A DNA stretch of 64,000 nucleotides from contig JAKLKB010000035.1 in NCBI GenBank assembly GCA_023150835.1, forward strand, positions 1 through 64,000, in the 5' to 3' direction. How positions within the stretch are numbered: position 1 is the stretch's first letter; every line of letters starts with the position of its first letter. Of the stretch, positions 1 through 8,806 are shown in pieces. Made by a program: the position numbers and the translations under genes. The notes beneath the pieces were generated by a model. It saw only the letters and a list, made by a program, of their open reading frames with translations, did not search any database and was not told the DNA's origin. The DNA comes from Myxococcota bacterium (GTDB lineage Bacteria > Myxococcota_C > UBA6777).

Positions 1-107
1 GGCTTTTTTTGGAAAAGAAGGCGATGTACAAAACCAACAACGGCTTTTTTTGGAAAAGAAGGCGATGTACAAAACCAACAACGGCTTTTTTTGGAAAAGA
101 AGACGAT
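1..107. repeat. 41-bp tandem repeat, ~2.6 copies visible, may extend past the left edge
   Basis: Unit GGCTTTTTTTGGAAAAGAAGGCGATGTACAAAACCAACAAC starts at 1, 42 and 83 (partial); no spacers. Confidence 0.9.
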
Positions 108-131
108 ACAGGCCGAGGGGTGGGAGATCGC

Positions 132-821
132 TTAGGGTTTTGGGATGGAGCGGGTGAGAAGTCGTTTGGTCTCGCGGAGGGCGTTGTGGGTGCGTTGGGT
201 GAAGGTGTCGATGGGGAGGGGTTTGTTGTGGCGCTTGGCTTGTGTGACGAGGCCAAGGATCTGGTGGGCGTGGAGGGGGGCGTCGAGATCGGGGCGATTG
301 TCGCCACGTGTCCAGCAACGCCAGAGGTGCGGGTCGTCAGGCGCGGGGCAAGAGGGAAGGTGGAAGACACCGCTCCATGCGTTGGCGGCTCTATGGAGCA
401 TGGAGGGAGGCTGGGGGGACAGGCTGGTGACGCGATGGATGATCCAGCGGTGTTCGAGGGCAAAGACGATGATCTGGCCGATGCGGATATCGGGCCATCG
501 GAGGGGGACGAGGGCGACTTGATCGCCAGTTTGGAGGAAGGGGCGCATGGAGAGGCCTGTGGTGGAAAGCCAAAGCAGATCGAGACGGAGATCACCCCAA
601 CGAGAGCGCCAAAGTTCGGAGGCGTCGCAAGCGATGACGCTTTGTGAGAGGGAGAGGATGCGGGTTTCGTTGGTTGCGAGGGAGCGCACCAACAGGCCGG
701 AGGGAAGGCGGGTGTGAGCGCAAAAGAGTTCCCATCGGTGTGTGAGGGAAGGGAGGAAGAGGAGGCTATGCGGGGGGAGGTGAAGGGCGAGGGTGGGGAA
801 GAGGCGGGGAGGGGATGTCAT
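132..821 (-). CDS. S24/S26-family (signal peptidase I-like) peptidase, Ser/His type; putative RiPP leader peptidase
   Basis: Motifs TGLSMRPFLQTGD (catalytic Ser box), IIHRV (His at the general-base position) and TRGDN; no obvious TM anchor; ATG lies 5 nt after the stop of the 60-aa ORF. Confidence 0.8.
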   Translation of the reverse strand: MTSPPRLFPTLALHLPPHSLLFLPSLTHRWELFCAHTRLPSGLLVRSLATNETRILSLSQSVIACDASELWRSRWGDLRLDLLWLSTTGLSMRPFLQTGDQVALVPLRWPDIRIGQIIVFALEHRWIIHRVTSLSPQPPSMLHRAANAWSGVFHLPSCPAPDDPHLWRCWTRGDNRPDLDAPLHAHQILGLVTQAKRHNKPLPIDTFTQRTHNALRETKRLLTRSIPKP

Positions 822-826
822 GGGGG

Positions 827-1009
827 TTAGGAGGGTTGAGGGAGGCAGTCCTCGTTGCAGGGATCGTTAAACTCAAAACATCGATCACCGCTTTTTCCCG
901 CGCTTTCGAGGGCGTTATTTTCGAACAATGGCTCGGTTTGGATGGTGGGGGGGTGGTAGGGGCGTTTTGGTGTTGGTTGCGAATGATTTTCTGCGGAAGG
1001 TTCGAACAT
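827..1009 (-). CDS. Putative RiPP precursor peptide (60 aa)
   Basis: ATG with AAGGAG RBS 9 nt upstream (1019-1024); KRPYHPPTI resembles the YxxPxL RRE-binding leader motif; Cys44/51/55; C-terminal Ser; lies in an RRE/rSAM/kinase/peptidase cluster. Confidence 0.75.
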   Translation of the reverse strand: MFEPSAENHSQPTPKRPYHPPTIQTEPLFENNALESAGKSGDRCFEFNDPCNEDCLPQPS

Positions 1010-1086
1010 CTTGGAAGTCTCCTTGTTTTTGGGGGACGGTAGATGGGATGCGAAGAAGTGCTGCGTTGGAGAAGGGCACGAGACAG

Positions 1087-4000
1087 TTAATAAACAACGT
1101 AGAGGTTGCCTTTGGCAGAGGTGCCCGTTTCAACGAGGACGAGATCAGGGAAGCCATCACCGTTGAGATCGAGGCCACCGAGCAGGCTATTGTAGCCCAA
1201 GCCAACGTTCGCAGCACTTCCAAACCAATGGATATCGGCTTTGGCGTTGAGATCGCCGCCGGTTAGGTTGTTGAAAGAGTTACCAAAAAAGAAATGGGCG
1301 GAGCCGGCGTTGCTTTGGGGGTTATCAGAAAGCCCGTTGCCGATCATGAAGTCGGCGTAGCCATCGTTGTCGACGTCGCCTGCAGCGCTTGCGGTGGAGA
1401 TTTGAGAGCCGGAGGGGCCGTAATAAATCAATTCGGCGTCGCTTTCGAGGAGATCTTTGCGTTGGTTGAGTTTTTGGCCGGAGAAAAGGAAAGCAGCGCC
1501 ACCCGTGTGGCCTTGGGGGGCGACGCGGGTGGTGTCGATGATCACGAGTTCAGGGGAACCATCTTTGTTCACGTCGCCCACAACGGAGACGAAGTTTCCG
1601 AATCGGGAGCCGGAGGTGCCTTGGATGGTGAGGGTGGCTTGGCTGCTTTTGATTTCCTTGGTGGTGGGTGTGGCAAGGAGGGGTCCATAAAAGATCATAA
1701 CGCGAGAGCTTGCGAAAGAAGGCACGATGAGATCAGCGTGGCTGTCGCCGTTGAGATCCGCCAAACGCGGGACGGTGGCGAAGGAGGTCGCGGTGGGGAG
1801 CGAATCGTTGTAGATGCGGATATCTTCGAATGTTGCGTCGCCTTTGTTTAAGACGAGTTTGTTGGGTGCTGCGGGGTAGGTAGAGCGACCAAAAAAGATA
1901 TAGATTTGGCCTTTTGCGGTGGTGTTTGGGATAGGTTCGGTGGGAGCGGATACGACAAGATCGGCGCGTGTATCGGAGTTGAGATCGGGGATTCCTCGGC
2001 GGCCTGCGGCTGCGAGTCCAAATCCAAAAAGTCCGTCGCCGTTGAGGACGACTCGCGAGGGTGTGGCGATGCTGCCGGTGGTGATGCTGTTTCGTGGGCC
2101 GCCGAAGACGATATAGACGCGGCCTTTGCTGCTGTTGGTGTAGGGGGCACCGACGGCAAAGTCATCGAAGCCATCGTTGTTGAGGTCGCCCATTCCGACA
2201 AGGCTTTGGCCGATGCGCTGGCTGCTGTCTTCGCCGTAGAGGGTGACGTCGGGGGCTGAGGGGAAAAGAGAGCCAGAGGAGGCAGGGCGGCCATAGTAGA
2301 TGTAGACCGCACCTGTACGTGTTTTGTTGGGTTCGGTGTCTGAAGGGTTAGAGACGACGAGATCGAGGAGACCATCTTTGTCGATGTCACCGACGATGGC
2401 GGTGGCGGCTCCGTAAAGGCCCGCGTCAGGCCCAATCGCGGCGAGGGTTTGTTGTTTGAATTGGGCCGTTACGGAGACGTTGTTGGAGATAGCCGAGAGA
2501 TTTCCAGCGCGGTCGATGGCACGGAGGGCGAGGGTGTATTTTTGTCCGATGCGGAATTGATCGATGACGAGAGTTGCGGTTTGTCCGGGTGTTCCGACGA
2601 TGTTACTTTGTTGGACGTTTGTTATGCCGGCCCAATTGGCATCGTTGATAGGGCCATCGCCTTTGAGCCAGCGGGCTTCGTAACGAAGCAGGCCGGAGGG
2701 GCTAGGACCCGTATCTTGGGAGTGTGCCCATGTAAGTTTGAAAGAGGCTTTGCGGTGATCGACGACTTCGACTTTGAGGTCGTTGATGGCGTTAGGAGCG
2801 GTGGTATCGATGATGACGGTGTACTGAAGGGTTGTCGATTTCTGGTTTTTTTTGGTCACTTTGACGCTGATTTTGTTTTCACCTTCTTGGAAGGTGATTC
2901 CTTGGAAATCGACGTTGCGGAGTCCAGCGGCAGCATCGACGAGGGTTTTGGTTTGAGATTGTCCGTTGATGGTGAAGTCGGCAGGTTGTCCGACTTCGGC
3001 GTCGCTGGTGCAGGACAGGCCATTTTGGACGCCTTGGGCTTGCGGATCTGTGTCGTCTGCGCTGGAAAGGTTTGCGGAATTGTTGGTGTCGAAAGCAGGG
3101 CCTTTGATGAGCTTGCAAGAAAGGGCGGGAGCGCCTTGTTCTTCGACGGTCACTTTGACGGCGGGGGAGTTGGTTTTGAGATTGCAGGTGGGTTCGAAGG
3201 CGTTGAGTTGGAAGGTGTTGTCTTGATTTTCGACGAGGGTAACGAGGAAGGTGACGACGCTGTTGTTGGCTTTTTGGATGAGTTCTTTTCCGTTGAAGAG
3301 CAGTTTGATATCCGTCCCGTTGGGGGCGCTGGTTGTGGCGCGAACGGTGTACTGAACGCCGGTGGTTTGGGGATCTTCGTCGCGACTGGCGGGGATTTTT
3401 TGTCCTTCAAGGATGTTTGCAAACGAGATGTCGTGGCCGCGAGTGCGGATCTGGACTTTGGATTCGGCGCTTTCACCGAAATTTTGGAGTGGATCTTTGA
3501 CGGTGGTTTTGAGCGTGTGTTGAAGCAGGGCGTTGATGGAAGTGAGTGTGACGCGGAAAGAGACTTTGCCGCTGTTGACTTTGTTGGGTCCAGCGAAGGG
3601 AAGGCCGTCAAGGAGGAGGTTGGCATCACTACCATCGCGAGCGTTGGTGGAGACATCGACTTGGAGTTGAAAGCCATCGGTTTGGGGGTCGAGGTCGTCG
3701 GGTGGGCAGAGGAGCTTGTTGTGGGTGGGGGAGTCGATCACGACGGTCGGTGCGGTGTTGAGGATTTGGAATTTGATTTGATTTTGGCAGCGATTTCCGG
3801 CTTTGTCGGTGATTTTGGCGGTGAGGGTGACGTCTCCGTCGGGGAGGGTGGTTTTGGTAAAGATGGCTTTTCCTGCAAGGACGGGAGCCGAAAGGGTTTG
3901 AGGGCTACCTTTGCCGTTGTCGAGGGTGATTTCAACGTCTTCGCCGGGTGCGGGGGGGGGTTCGACAAGGACTTCGATGGTTTTTTGGAGGCCGGGGGTT

Positions 4001-4491
4001 TCGGTATTTTCGTCATCTTTGGGGCCAAACACATCGCCGGCGATGGGTTTATTGATTTTGATTTGGAAGCATTGAGAGTCGACGGTGACGTTGAGAGCGT
4101 CGGAAAGGTAAGTTTGACCGTTGGCGGCGGTGAGCTTGAGTTGGAGGATGTTGGCCCCTTCGGCGAGAGTATAGCGCTGGAAGGTGAATTCGGTTGTGGT
4201 GAGGTTGATTTCTGCGGGGTTTCCGCCGTTGGTGGTGAGAGTGACTTTGCTGTTTTCGGGGGCGTTTTCGGTTTTTCCTCGGAGGGTGAGTTGAAATCCG
4301 GGGGTTTGTGGATCTTCGTCTTGTTGGGCATTAAAGTTTTTTTGAGAGATGCCGACGAATTGGATGGTTGTGGGGCCGGGCGGAGGGCCGCCACCACAGT
4401 TGCAGGCAGTGGTCGAACCTGTGAGCAGGGCCAAGCACAACCATCCCAACAGGGCGAGGCGTTGGGGTATTTTTTTGCGAGGGATAGACAT
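1087..4491 (-). CDS. Large surface lipoprotein: Ig-like repeats, FN3-like domain, FG-GAP (integrin-alpha-like) beta-propeller
   Basis: Signal peptide ending STTAC; five DxD/NxxxxGxQ motifs; FN3-like TYTLALRAIDRAGNLS-type segment (YTLALRAIDRAGNLS); multiple GD(I/L/V)(D/N)xDG and G(A/R)VY repeats. Confidence 0.85.
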   Translation of the reverse strand: MSIPRKKIPQRLALLGWLCLALLTGSTTACNCGGGPPPGPTTIQFVGISQKNFNAQQDEDPQTPGFQLTLRGKTENAPENSKVTLTTNGGNPAEINLTTTEFTFQRYTLAEGANILQLKLTAANGQTYLSDALNVTVDSQCFQIKINKPIAGDVFGPKDDENTETPGLQKTIEVLVEPPPAPGEDVEITLDNGKGSPQTLSAPVLAGKAIFTKTTLPDGDVTLTAKITDKAGNRCQNQIKFQILNTAPTVVIDSPTHNKLLCPPDDLDPQTDGFQLQVDVSTNARDGSDANLLLDGLPFAGPNKVNSGKVSFRVTLTSINALLQHTLKTTVKDPLQNFGESAESKVQIRTRGHDISFANILEGQKIPASRDEDPQTTGVQYTVRATTSAPNGTDIKLLFNGKELIQKANNSVVTFLVTLVENQDNTFQLNAFEPTCNLKTNSPAVKVTVEEQGAPALSCKLIKGPAFDTNNSANLSSADDTDPQAQGVQNGLSCTSDAEVGQPADFTINGQSQTKTLVDAAAGLRNVDFQGITFQEGENKISVKVTKKNQKSTTLQYTVIIDTTAPNAINDLKVEVVDHRKASFKLTWAHSQDTGPSPSGLLRYEARWLKGDGPINDANWAGITNVQQSNIVGTPGQTATLVIDQFRIGQKYTLALRAIDRAGNLSAISNNVSVTAQFKQQTLAAIGPDAGLYGAATAIVGDIDKDGLLDLVVSNPSDTEPNKTRTGAVYIYYGRPASSGSLFPSAPDVTLYGEDSSQRIGQSLVGMGDLNNDGFDDFAVGAPYTNSSKGRVYIVFGGPRNSITTGSIATPSRVVLNGDGLFGFGLAAAGRRGIPDLNSDTRADLVVSAPTEPIPNTTAKGQIYIFFGRSTYPAAPNKLVLNKGDATFEDIRIYNDSLPTATSFATVPRLADLNGDSHADLIVPSFASSRVMIFYGPLLATPTTKEIKSSQATLTIQGTSGSRFGNFVSVVGDVNKDGSPELVIIDTTRVAPQGHTGGAAFLFSGQKLNQRKDLLESDAELIYYGPSGSQISTASAAGDVDNDGYADFMIGNGLSDNPQSNAGSAHFFFGNSFNNLTGGDLNAKADIHWFGSAANVGLGYNSLLGGLDLNGDGFPDLVLVETGTSAKGNLYVVY

Positions 4492-4722
4492 TGATTTTTC
4501 TCCATTAAAGCAAAAACAACCACCAAGGCGACCAAGGTAAGGGTTGCGTCAAACGGCGGGCGCTAGGTGTTTTGGGTTACGCAGGCTTCTTGGAAAGAAG
4601 ACAAGGGTCACATCAAACGGACTATAAAGACTTTTGTTGGTGAAAGAAAGTCTCTTACTCGTAATTTTCTTGTGGAGAAGGCACGATCTTATCCACCTGT
4701 CGGGTGGTTTGGGCAGGTTGGC

Positions 4723-5979
4723 TCACTGGTGCCGTTGTTGGGTGTAGTGGTTTTGTGGGGGAAGGGTTGCGATGTGTTGCAAGAGGTTTTGGAGTCCTTG
4801 GGGGAGCGAGCCACAAGAGGAGCCGCAAGAGGTTTTCTTTGGGGTTGAATGGGTGGTTGAGCCGAGAGGAGGGGTGTGTTGGGCAAGTTGTTGAAGGGCG
4901 GAATGGAGGTGGTCTTTGGAGAACGAGGGAGGGCGTAGACCGTTGCGTTCTTCCCAGACTTGTCGGCGGACACGAGCGAGTGTGCAGAGAGCGGTGCTGG
5001 GCTTGGTAGGGTCGCCTGTATCGAGCAGAGCCGAACTGGGGCAGTAACTACAGTGAGATTGATCGGGGCAGACTTGGCAGATGGGGTCTTGAAAGCGTTG
5101 GAGGCTGCGGATGGATTGGATTTCTTGTCCTTGCCAGATCTCTAGCAGGCTTTGGTTGCGGAGGTTTCCGAGAGAAGGGATCAAATCCATGCAAGAGTAG
5201 ACTTGGCCGTCGCATCCGATGACGACGCGAGTACGTCCGGCGCCGCAGATCGGGCTGTTGGGGATGGCGGGTCGTGGTTCGAGTTGTTTGGCGAAAGAAG
5301 GATCGCGTTCTGCCATGAGATGGTAGAGGTAGGCGAGTTCGTCGGCTTGGACTTGCATGGAGAGAGGGTGGCGTTTGCGGTCGTGGGTAGCGCTGACTTT
5401 GAAGTCGATGACAAAGCGAGCGTCGAGTTGTGCGGCAAGTGTGCGCGTGGGGATGATTTGGCCGAGGTTTTCTTGCATTTGAAGGTATTTGATCTCGGTT
5501 TGTATGCCGACACTTCGGAGGTTTTGGAGTCCTTCGACGGTTTTTTGCCAAGAGCCCGAGATTTGGGTGATGGCGTCGTGGGGCGCGGGTTCAGCGGCAT
5601 AGAGTGTGACGGAGGCGGCGTGAACTCCGGCCTGTTTGAGTTTTTGGGAGCGTTCGAGATTGCAGGGGGTTCCTGAGGTAAAGAGGGTGATGACAAAGCC
5701 GTGTTGGCTGGCGTGGTGGATAATTTCGTAGATATCGGGGCGTAGGAGGGGTTCGCCGCCAGTGAAGGTGATGCTGGTGGAACCAAGGGCTGCAAGTTGA
5801 TCGAGAGCGTCTTTGACTTCGGGGAGTGTGAGCTCTTGGCGAGGGTTTTCAACGAGATAACATTGTTGGCAGTGGAGGTGGCATCGTTCTGTGAGGGTAA
5901 AGAAGACGCTTGCGGGGATATTGTTTCGCAAGATGCGTTCTTTGAGTTTTTGGCTAATGGAAGTGGTGGGGTGGGACAT
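4723..5979 (-). CDS. Radical SAM/SPASM domain peptide maturase
   Basis: CHLHCQQC (CxxxCxxC), TGGEPLL, SPASM CGAG...DGQVYSC...CQVC...CSYC...C. Confidence 0.92.
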   Translation of the reverse strand: MSHPTTSISQKLKERILRNNIPASVFFTLTERCHLHCQQCYLVENPRQELTLPEVKDALDQLAALGSTSITFTGGEPLLRPDIYEIIHHASQHGFVITLFTSGTPCNLERSQKLKQAGVHAASVTLYAAEPAPHDAITQISGSWQKTVEGLQNLRSVGIQTEIKYLQMQENLGQIIPTRTLAAQLDARFVIDFKVSATHDRKRHPLSMQVQADELAYLYHLMAERDPSFAKQLEPRPAIPNSPICGAGRTRVVIGCDGQVYSCMDLIPSLGNLRNQSLLEIWQGQEIQSIRSLQRFQDPICQVCPDQSHCSYCPSSALLDTGDPTKPSTALCTLARVRRQVWEERNGLRPPSFSKDHLHSALQQLAQHTPPLGSTTHSTPKKTSCGSSCGSLPQGLQNLLQHIATLPPQNHYTQQRHQ

Positions 5980-6108
5980 TGTGGGCTCCTTGCGAAGCGT
6001 GGGGTGTTGGGCTGAAAAAGCTGCGCGTGGAGAGTGTGAAGGGGAGAAGAGAGCGTTAGATGCGCAGCAAGAAGTGTTGGATGCGGTGTTTTGGCTTTGT
6101 ACGCGGGG

Positions 6109-6390
6109 CTATTTCTCCTCAAAGGAAAGGAGTTCTTTGGATTGGAGGATGGCGACAAAGCGTTGAAGATCAGCCAGAGCATATTCTGGGGAGACATCGA
6201 ACAGGGCGGAGACTTGGTTTGCGATGGTTTGGAGATCGTGTTGTCCGTCGCACAAAGACCAGATGAGAGCGCCTGTGGCGTTGAGTTCGTGGAGCTTGGC
6301 GTGGGATGCGTCAAGCAAAAAGGTGGCGTCGTCAAAGTTGCGGGTGCCGACGGTGGGGTTTCGTTTGGGTCGTATGTGGCGGGCGATCAT
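6109..6390 (-). CDS. PqqD-family RiPP recognition element (RRE), 93 aa
   Basis: LNATGALIWSLCDG...LFDVSPEYALADLQRFVAILQSKELL is typical of PqqD; ATG at 6390 follows AAGGAAG. The longer ORF-track extension overlaps the upstream gene. Confidence 0.9.
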   Translation of the reverse strand: MIARHIRPKRNPTVGTRNFDDATFLLDASHAKLHELNATGALIWSLCDGQHDLQTIANQVSALFDVSPEYALADLQRFVAILQSKELLSFEEK

Positions 6391-6415
6391 ACAAGATGCT
6401 TCCTTGTGTTGTGTT

Positions 6416-7447
6416 TCAAGCCGACATGGCGGCATTTGAGAGAGTTGGGTGCGGAGTGGTTGGATGAGCGAGAAGTTCCCAATAGGCGTTTGTGGGGGGA
6501 GTTTCGAGCAGGTCGCAAAAAGGGAGCCATTGATCGAGGAGCTCCATGAGTAGTAGTTGTTCGCGTTGGTTGGGGAAACTAAAGCAAATAACGCGAGCGA
6601 GGCGTTGGAAGGATTCGCGGGGAGAGAGGGGGTGTTTGGCGGGAGAGGTGGCGCGTTTGAGAAAGTGGATGCCTGCGAGGGGGGCGGCGATCTCTTCGCC
6701 GGGAGCGCCCCAATCGCCATAGAAGGGAGTGCCATAGGCGTACAAATTGCGGGGATTTTGTGGGTTGGGTCGAAGGGCCACGATCTCGTCGCTGAGGATC
6801 TGTGTGTTGGGAGGGGCGTTGCGGGTGGCGGTGGTTTTGCCGGACCCAGAGGTCCCAGCGAAGAGGTGGGCTTGCCCATCGCGAACGAGGCCCGAAGCAT
6901 GGAGCAAGGCACCGCCAGAAGCGAGGAGTTGGCGGTGGAGTAAGAATTTCCAGAAGGTTTGCACGACAGCACGAGCGGACTTGGGTAAAGGAGAGATCAA
7001 GCGCGCAGGGCCGAATTGTGGGACAAGAGCGGCAAAGCGGGTGTGCAAGACCCACAAGCCATCGGAGGATTCTTCGACGTGAAGCATGAGGGAGTGTTGG
7101 GCGCTGGGCTGGGGGGCGAGTTGTTTTTGTTCGGCGGCTTTTTCGTAGAGAGGTGTCAATTGCTCGAAAAGGGCGAGGATAGAGTGTTCGTATTTTTCTG
7201 TAAGTCCGGCACTACCGATGAAGTGGATGGCCATGTCTGCGGGTTGCGGTTGGGGAGGGGAGAGGAATTTGTGTTGGAAGATATCGTCGAAATGGGCGTA
7301 GATGGTGTCGGCGAGTTCTTGGGCATGGAGGGAACAAGAGGTTCCAGCGACCTGTAGGCGCAAAAACTCGGGGGGGCAAGGGGGAGGTTGGAGCAAGATG
7401 CGTTTGGCATCTTCGATAAAGGGTTGGCAGAGGAAGGTGGTGGGCAT
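6416..7447 (-). CDS. HPr-kinase-like P-loop kinase (RiPP-associated)
   Basis: LLHASGL, Walker A GTSGSGKTT, ILSDE, YGTPFYG; adjacent to the RRE. Confidence 0.8.
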   Translation of the reverse strand: MPTTFLCQPFIEDAKRILLQPPPCPPEFLRLQVAGTSCSLHAQELADTIYAHFDDIFQHKFLSPPQPQPADMAIHFIGSAGLTEKYEHSILALFEQLTPLYEKAAEQKQLAPQPSAQHSLMLHVEESSDGLWVLHTRFAALVPQFGPARLISPLPKSARAVVQTFWKFLLHRQLLASGGALLHASGLVRDGQAHLFAGTSGSGKTTATRNAPPNTQILSDEIVALRPNPQNPRNLYAYGTPFYGDWGAPGEEIAAPLAGIHFLKRATSPAKHPLSPRESFQRLARVICFSFPNQREQLLLMELLDQWLPFCDLLETPPTNAYWELLAHPTTPHPTLSNAAMSA

Positions 7448-7629
7448 GAGGTTCTCGTTGTGTGGGGTTATAAGGAGCAGTCCACGGAAAGCACGGAAAA
7501 GTGAAAGAGGTCAAAGGCCATCAGAGAGCGAAAACAAGTCGCACCTTGGGAAGGGCTTGCGCAAGCGCTATACCGCGCCACGCGAGAAATCGTACAGGAA
7601 AGAGAGATGAGGGGGGGGCTGTTGTGTCG

Positions 7630-8571
7630 TCAAGAGGCGGTCGTTTGGGAGAGGATCGCTTGGAGTGGGTTGGCGACATACGGTTGAGAGCAAAAGGAGA
7701 GTCCACATTTGGCGAAGTGGTGGGCGTTTTCGGGTTCTTTGCGTCCGAGGCAAGCGCGGGCGAGGGAGAGGTAAAGTTCGGCGAAAAAGGGGTATTGGTG
7801 TTCGTCTTGTTGGCTGTAGGTGAGGGCGGCAAAGAAGGCGCTGGCTTTTCGGGAGATGCGGCGGTGGAGGGGGAGGTCTTTGCGGCCAGCTTCGGAGATA
7901 CGGGCGCTTTCGATGAGCGCATCGAGATTTTCTTGGAGGAGAGTGCTGGCGCGTCGGTATTCGTTGCGAGCGAGGGCGATCTCGCCACGTATGGCGTCGA
8001 GGATGTAGCGGTGGGGGGGGCCGCTGGTGATCTCTTCGGCTTCGCTGAGGGCGAGGTCGGCTTGACGTAGGGCGTCTTGGTTGGAGAAGCAAAGGGCGAA
8101 CAGGCGGGCTTTTTGAGCGAGAAGCCCAGCACGAAGTAGCGAGGGTGGGACGTGTTCGAGGGCTTCATCGAGGATCTCACGGGCGCGTTGGGGATAGCCG
8201 AGGCGGCGTTCGAGATCGGCTTCCATACCCCAAACAAAAGCGGCTTCCATGCCGGTATCACGGGATTTTTGGAGCAGGCTTCGTGCAAGGGTTTCATCGG
8301 CTTCTTCGATGGCGAGTTCGGTTTGCATTCGCAGATACGCTTCATAAGGAAGCAACAGCCGCCAAAACAGCAGGTGTCTTCGAGCGGATCGAAAACGGCC
8401 TTGGCTGCGCAGTTTTCCGATATGCCGATAATGCGCAAACACGGCCATGACCATCGGGAAAAGCAGCAAGATCCCGAGCAAAAGGCCATCAATCGGCAGC
8501 CGCAGACCATAAGAGAGAAAGACGATCCCCAAAAAAGGGAACAAGATAAACAAGAGTACACGAAAGAACAT
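7630..8571 (-). CDS. Membrane protein with 2 N-terminal TM helices and a TPR-like helical region
   Basis: ATG 8571 follows AAGGAAG; hydrophobic N-terminus; TPR-like segments such as AIRGEIALARNEYRRASTLLQE. Confidence 0.65.
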   Translation of the reverse strand: MFFRVLLFILFPFLGIVFLSYGLRLPIDGLLLGILLLFPMVMAVFAHYRHIGKLRSQGRFRSARRHLLFWRLLLPYEAYLRMQTELAIEEADETLARSLLQKSRDTGMEAAFVWGMEADLERRLGYPQRAREILDEALEHVPPSLLRAGLLAQKARLFALCFSNQDALRQADLALSEAEEITSGPPHRYILDAIRGEIALARNEYRRASTLLQENLDALIESARISEAGRKDLPLHRRISRKASAFFAALTYSQQDEHQYPFFAELYLSLARACLGRKEPENAHHFAKCGLSFCSQPYVANPLQAILSQTTAS

Positions 8572-8687
8572 GCGATCTTCCTTGTGTGGGGTTTGATGGC
8601 AAGCGGTCCCGTTGTTGGGCCACAGGGGGCTTCGGACGACGAAAACGAGAAAGATGCGACTGTAAAATGGCAAGCGGTCCTGTTGTT

Positions 8688-8800
8688 GGGCAGCCACAGG
8701 GGGCTGCCCCTACATCGGTCGCTCACACAACGACGTTGTTTTTGTGAGTGGGATGGTTGCGGGGCTGTCCCTACGTAGGTCGCTCGCACGATGGGCGGAT
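8688..8800 (-). repeat. Two extended GTAG-type REP copies
   Basis: Reverse complement of GTAGGGGCAGCCCCCTGTGGCTGCCC at 8688-8713, with a degenerate second copy at ~8759-8800. Confidence 0.8.
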
Positions 8801-8806
8801 GTTGTC

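Noticed and set aside
1-107. Possible CRISPR array at the window start
   Set aside because: Head-to-tail 41-bp units with no unique spacers, and no cas genes in the window.
2449-4494. 681-aa plus-strand ORF and similar long antisense ORFs (e.g. 24799-26103, 59742-60710)
   Set aside because: Shadow ORFs opposite well-supported genes, with no recognisable motifs.
132-7447. Calling the cluster a lasso peptide or PQQ locus
   Set aside because: No asparagine-synthetase-like cyclase or transglutaminase-like B2 protease is visible; no pqqB/pqqC, and the peptide lacks the PqqA ExxxY motif.
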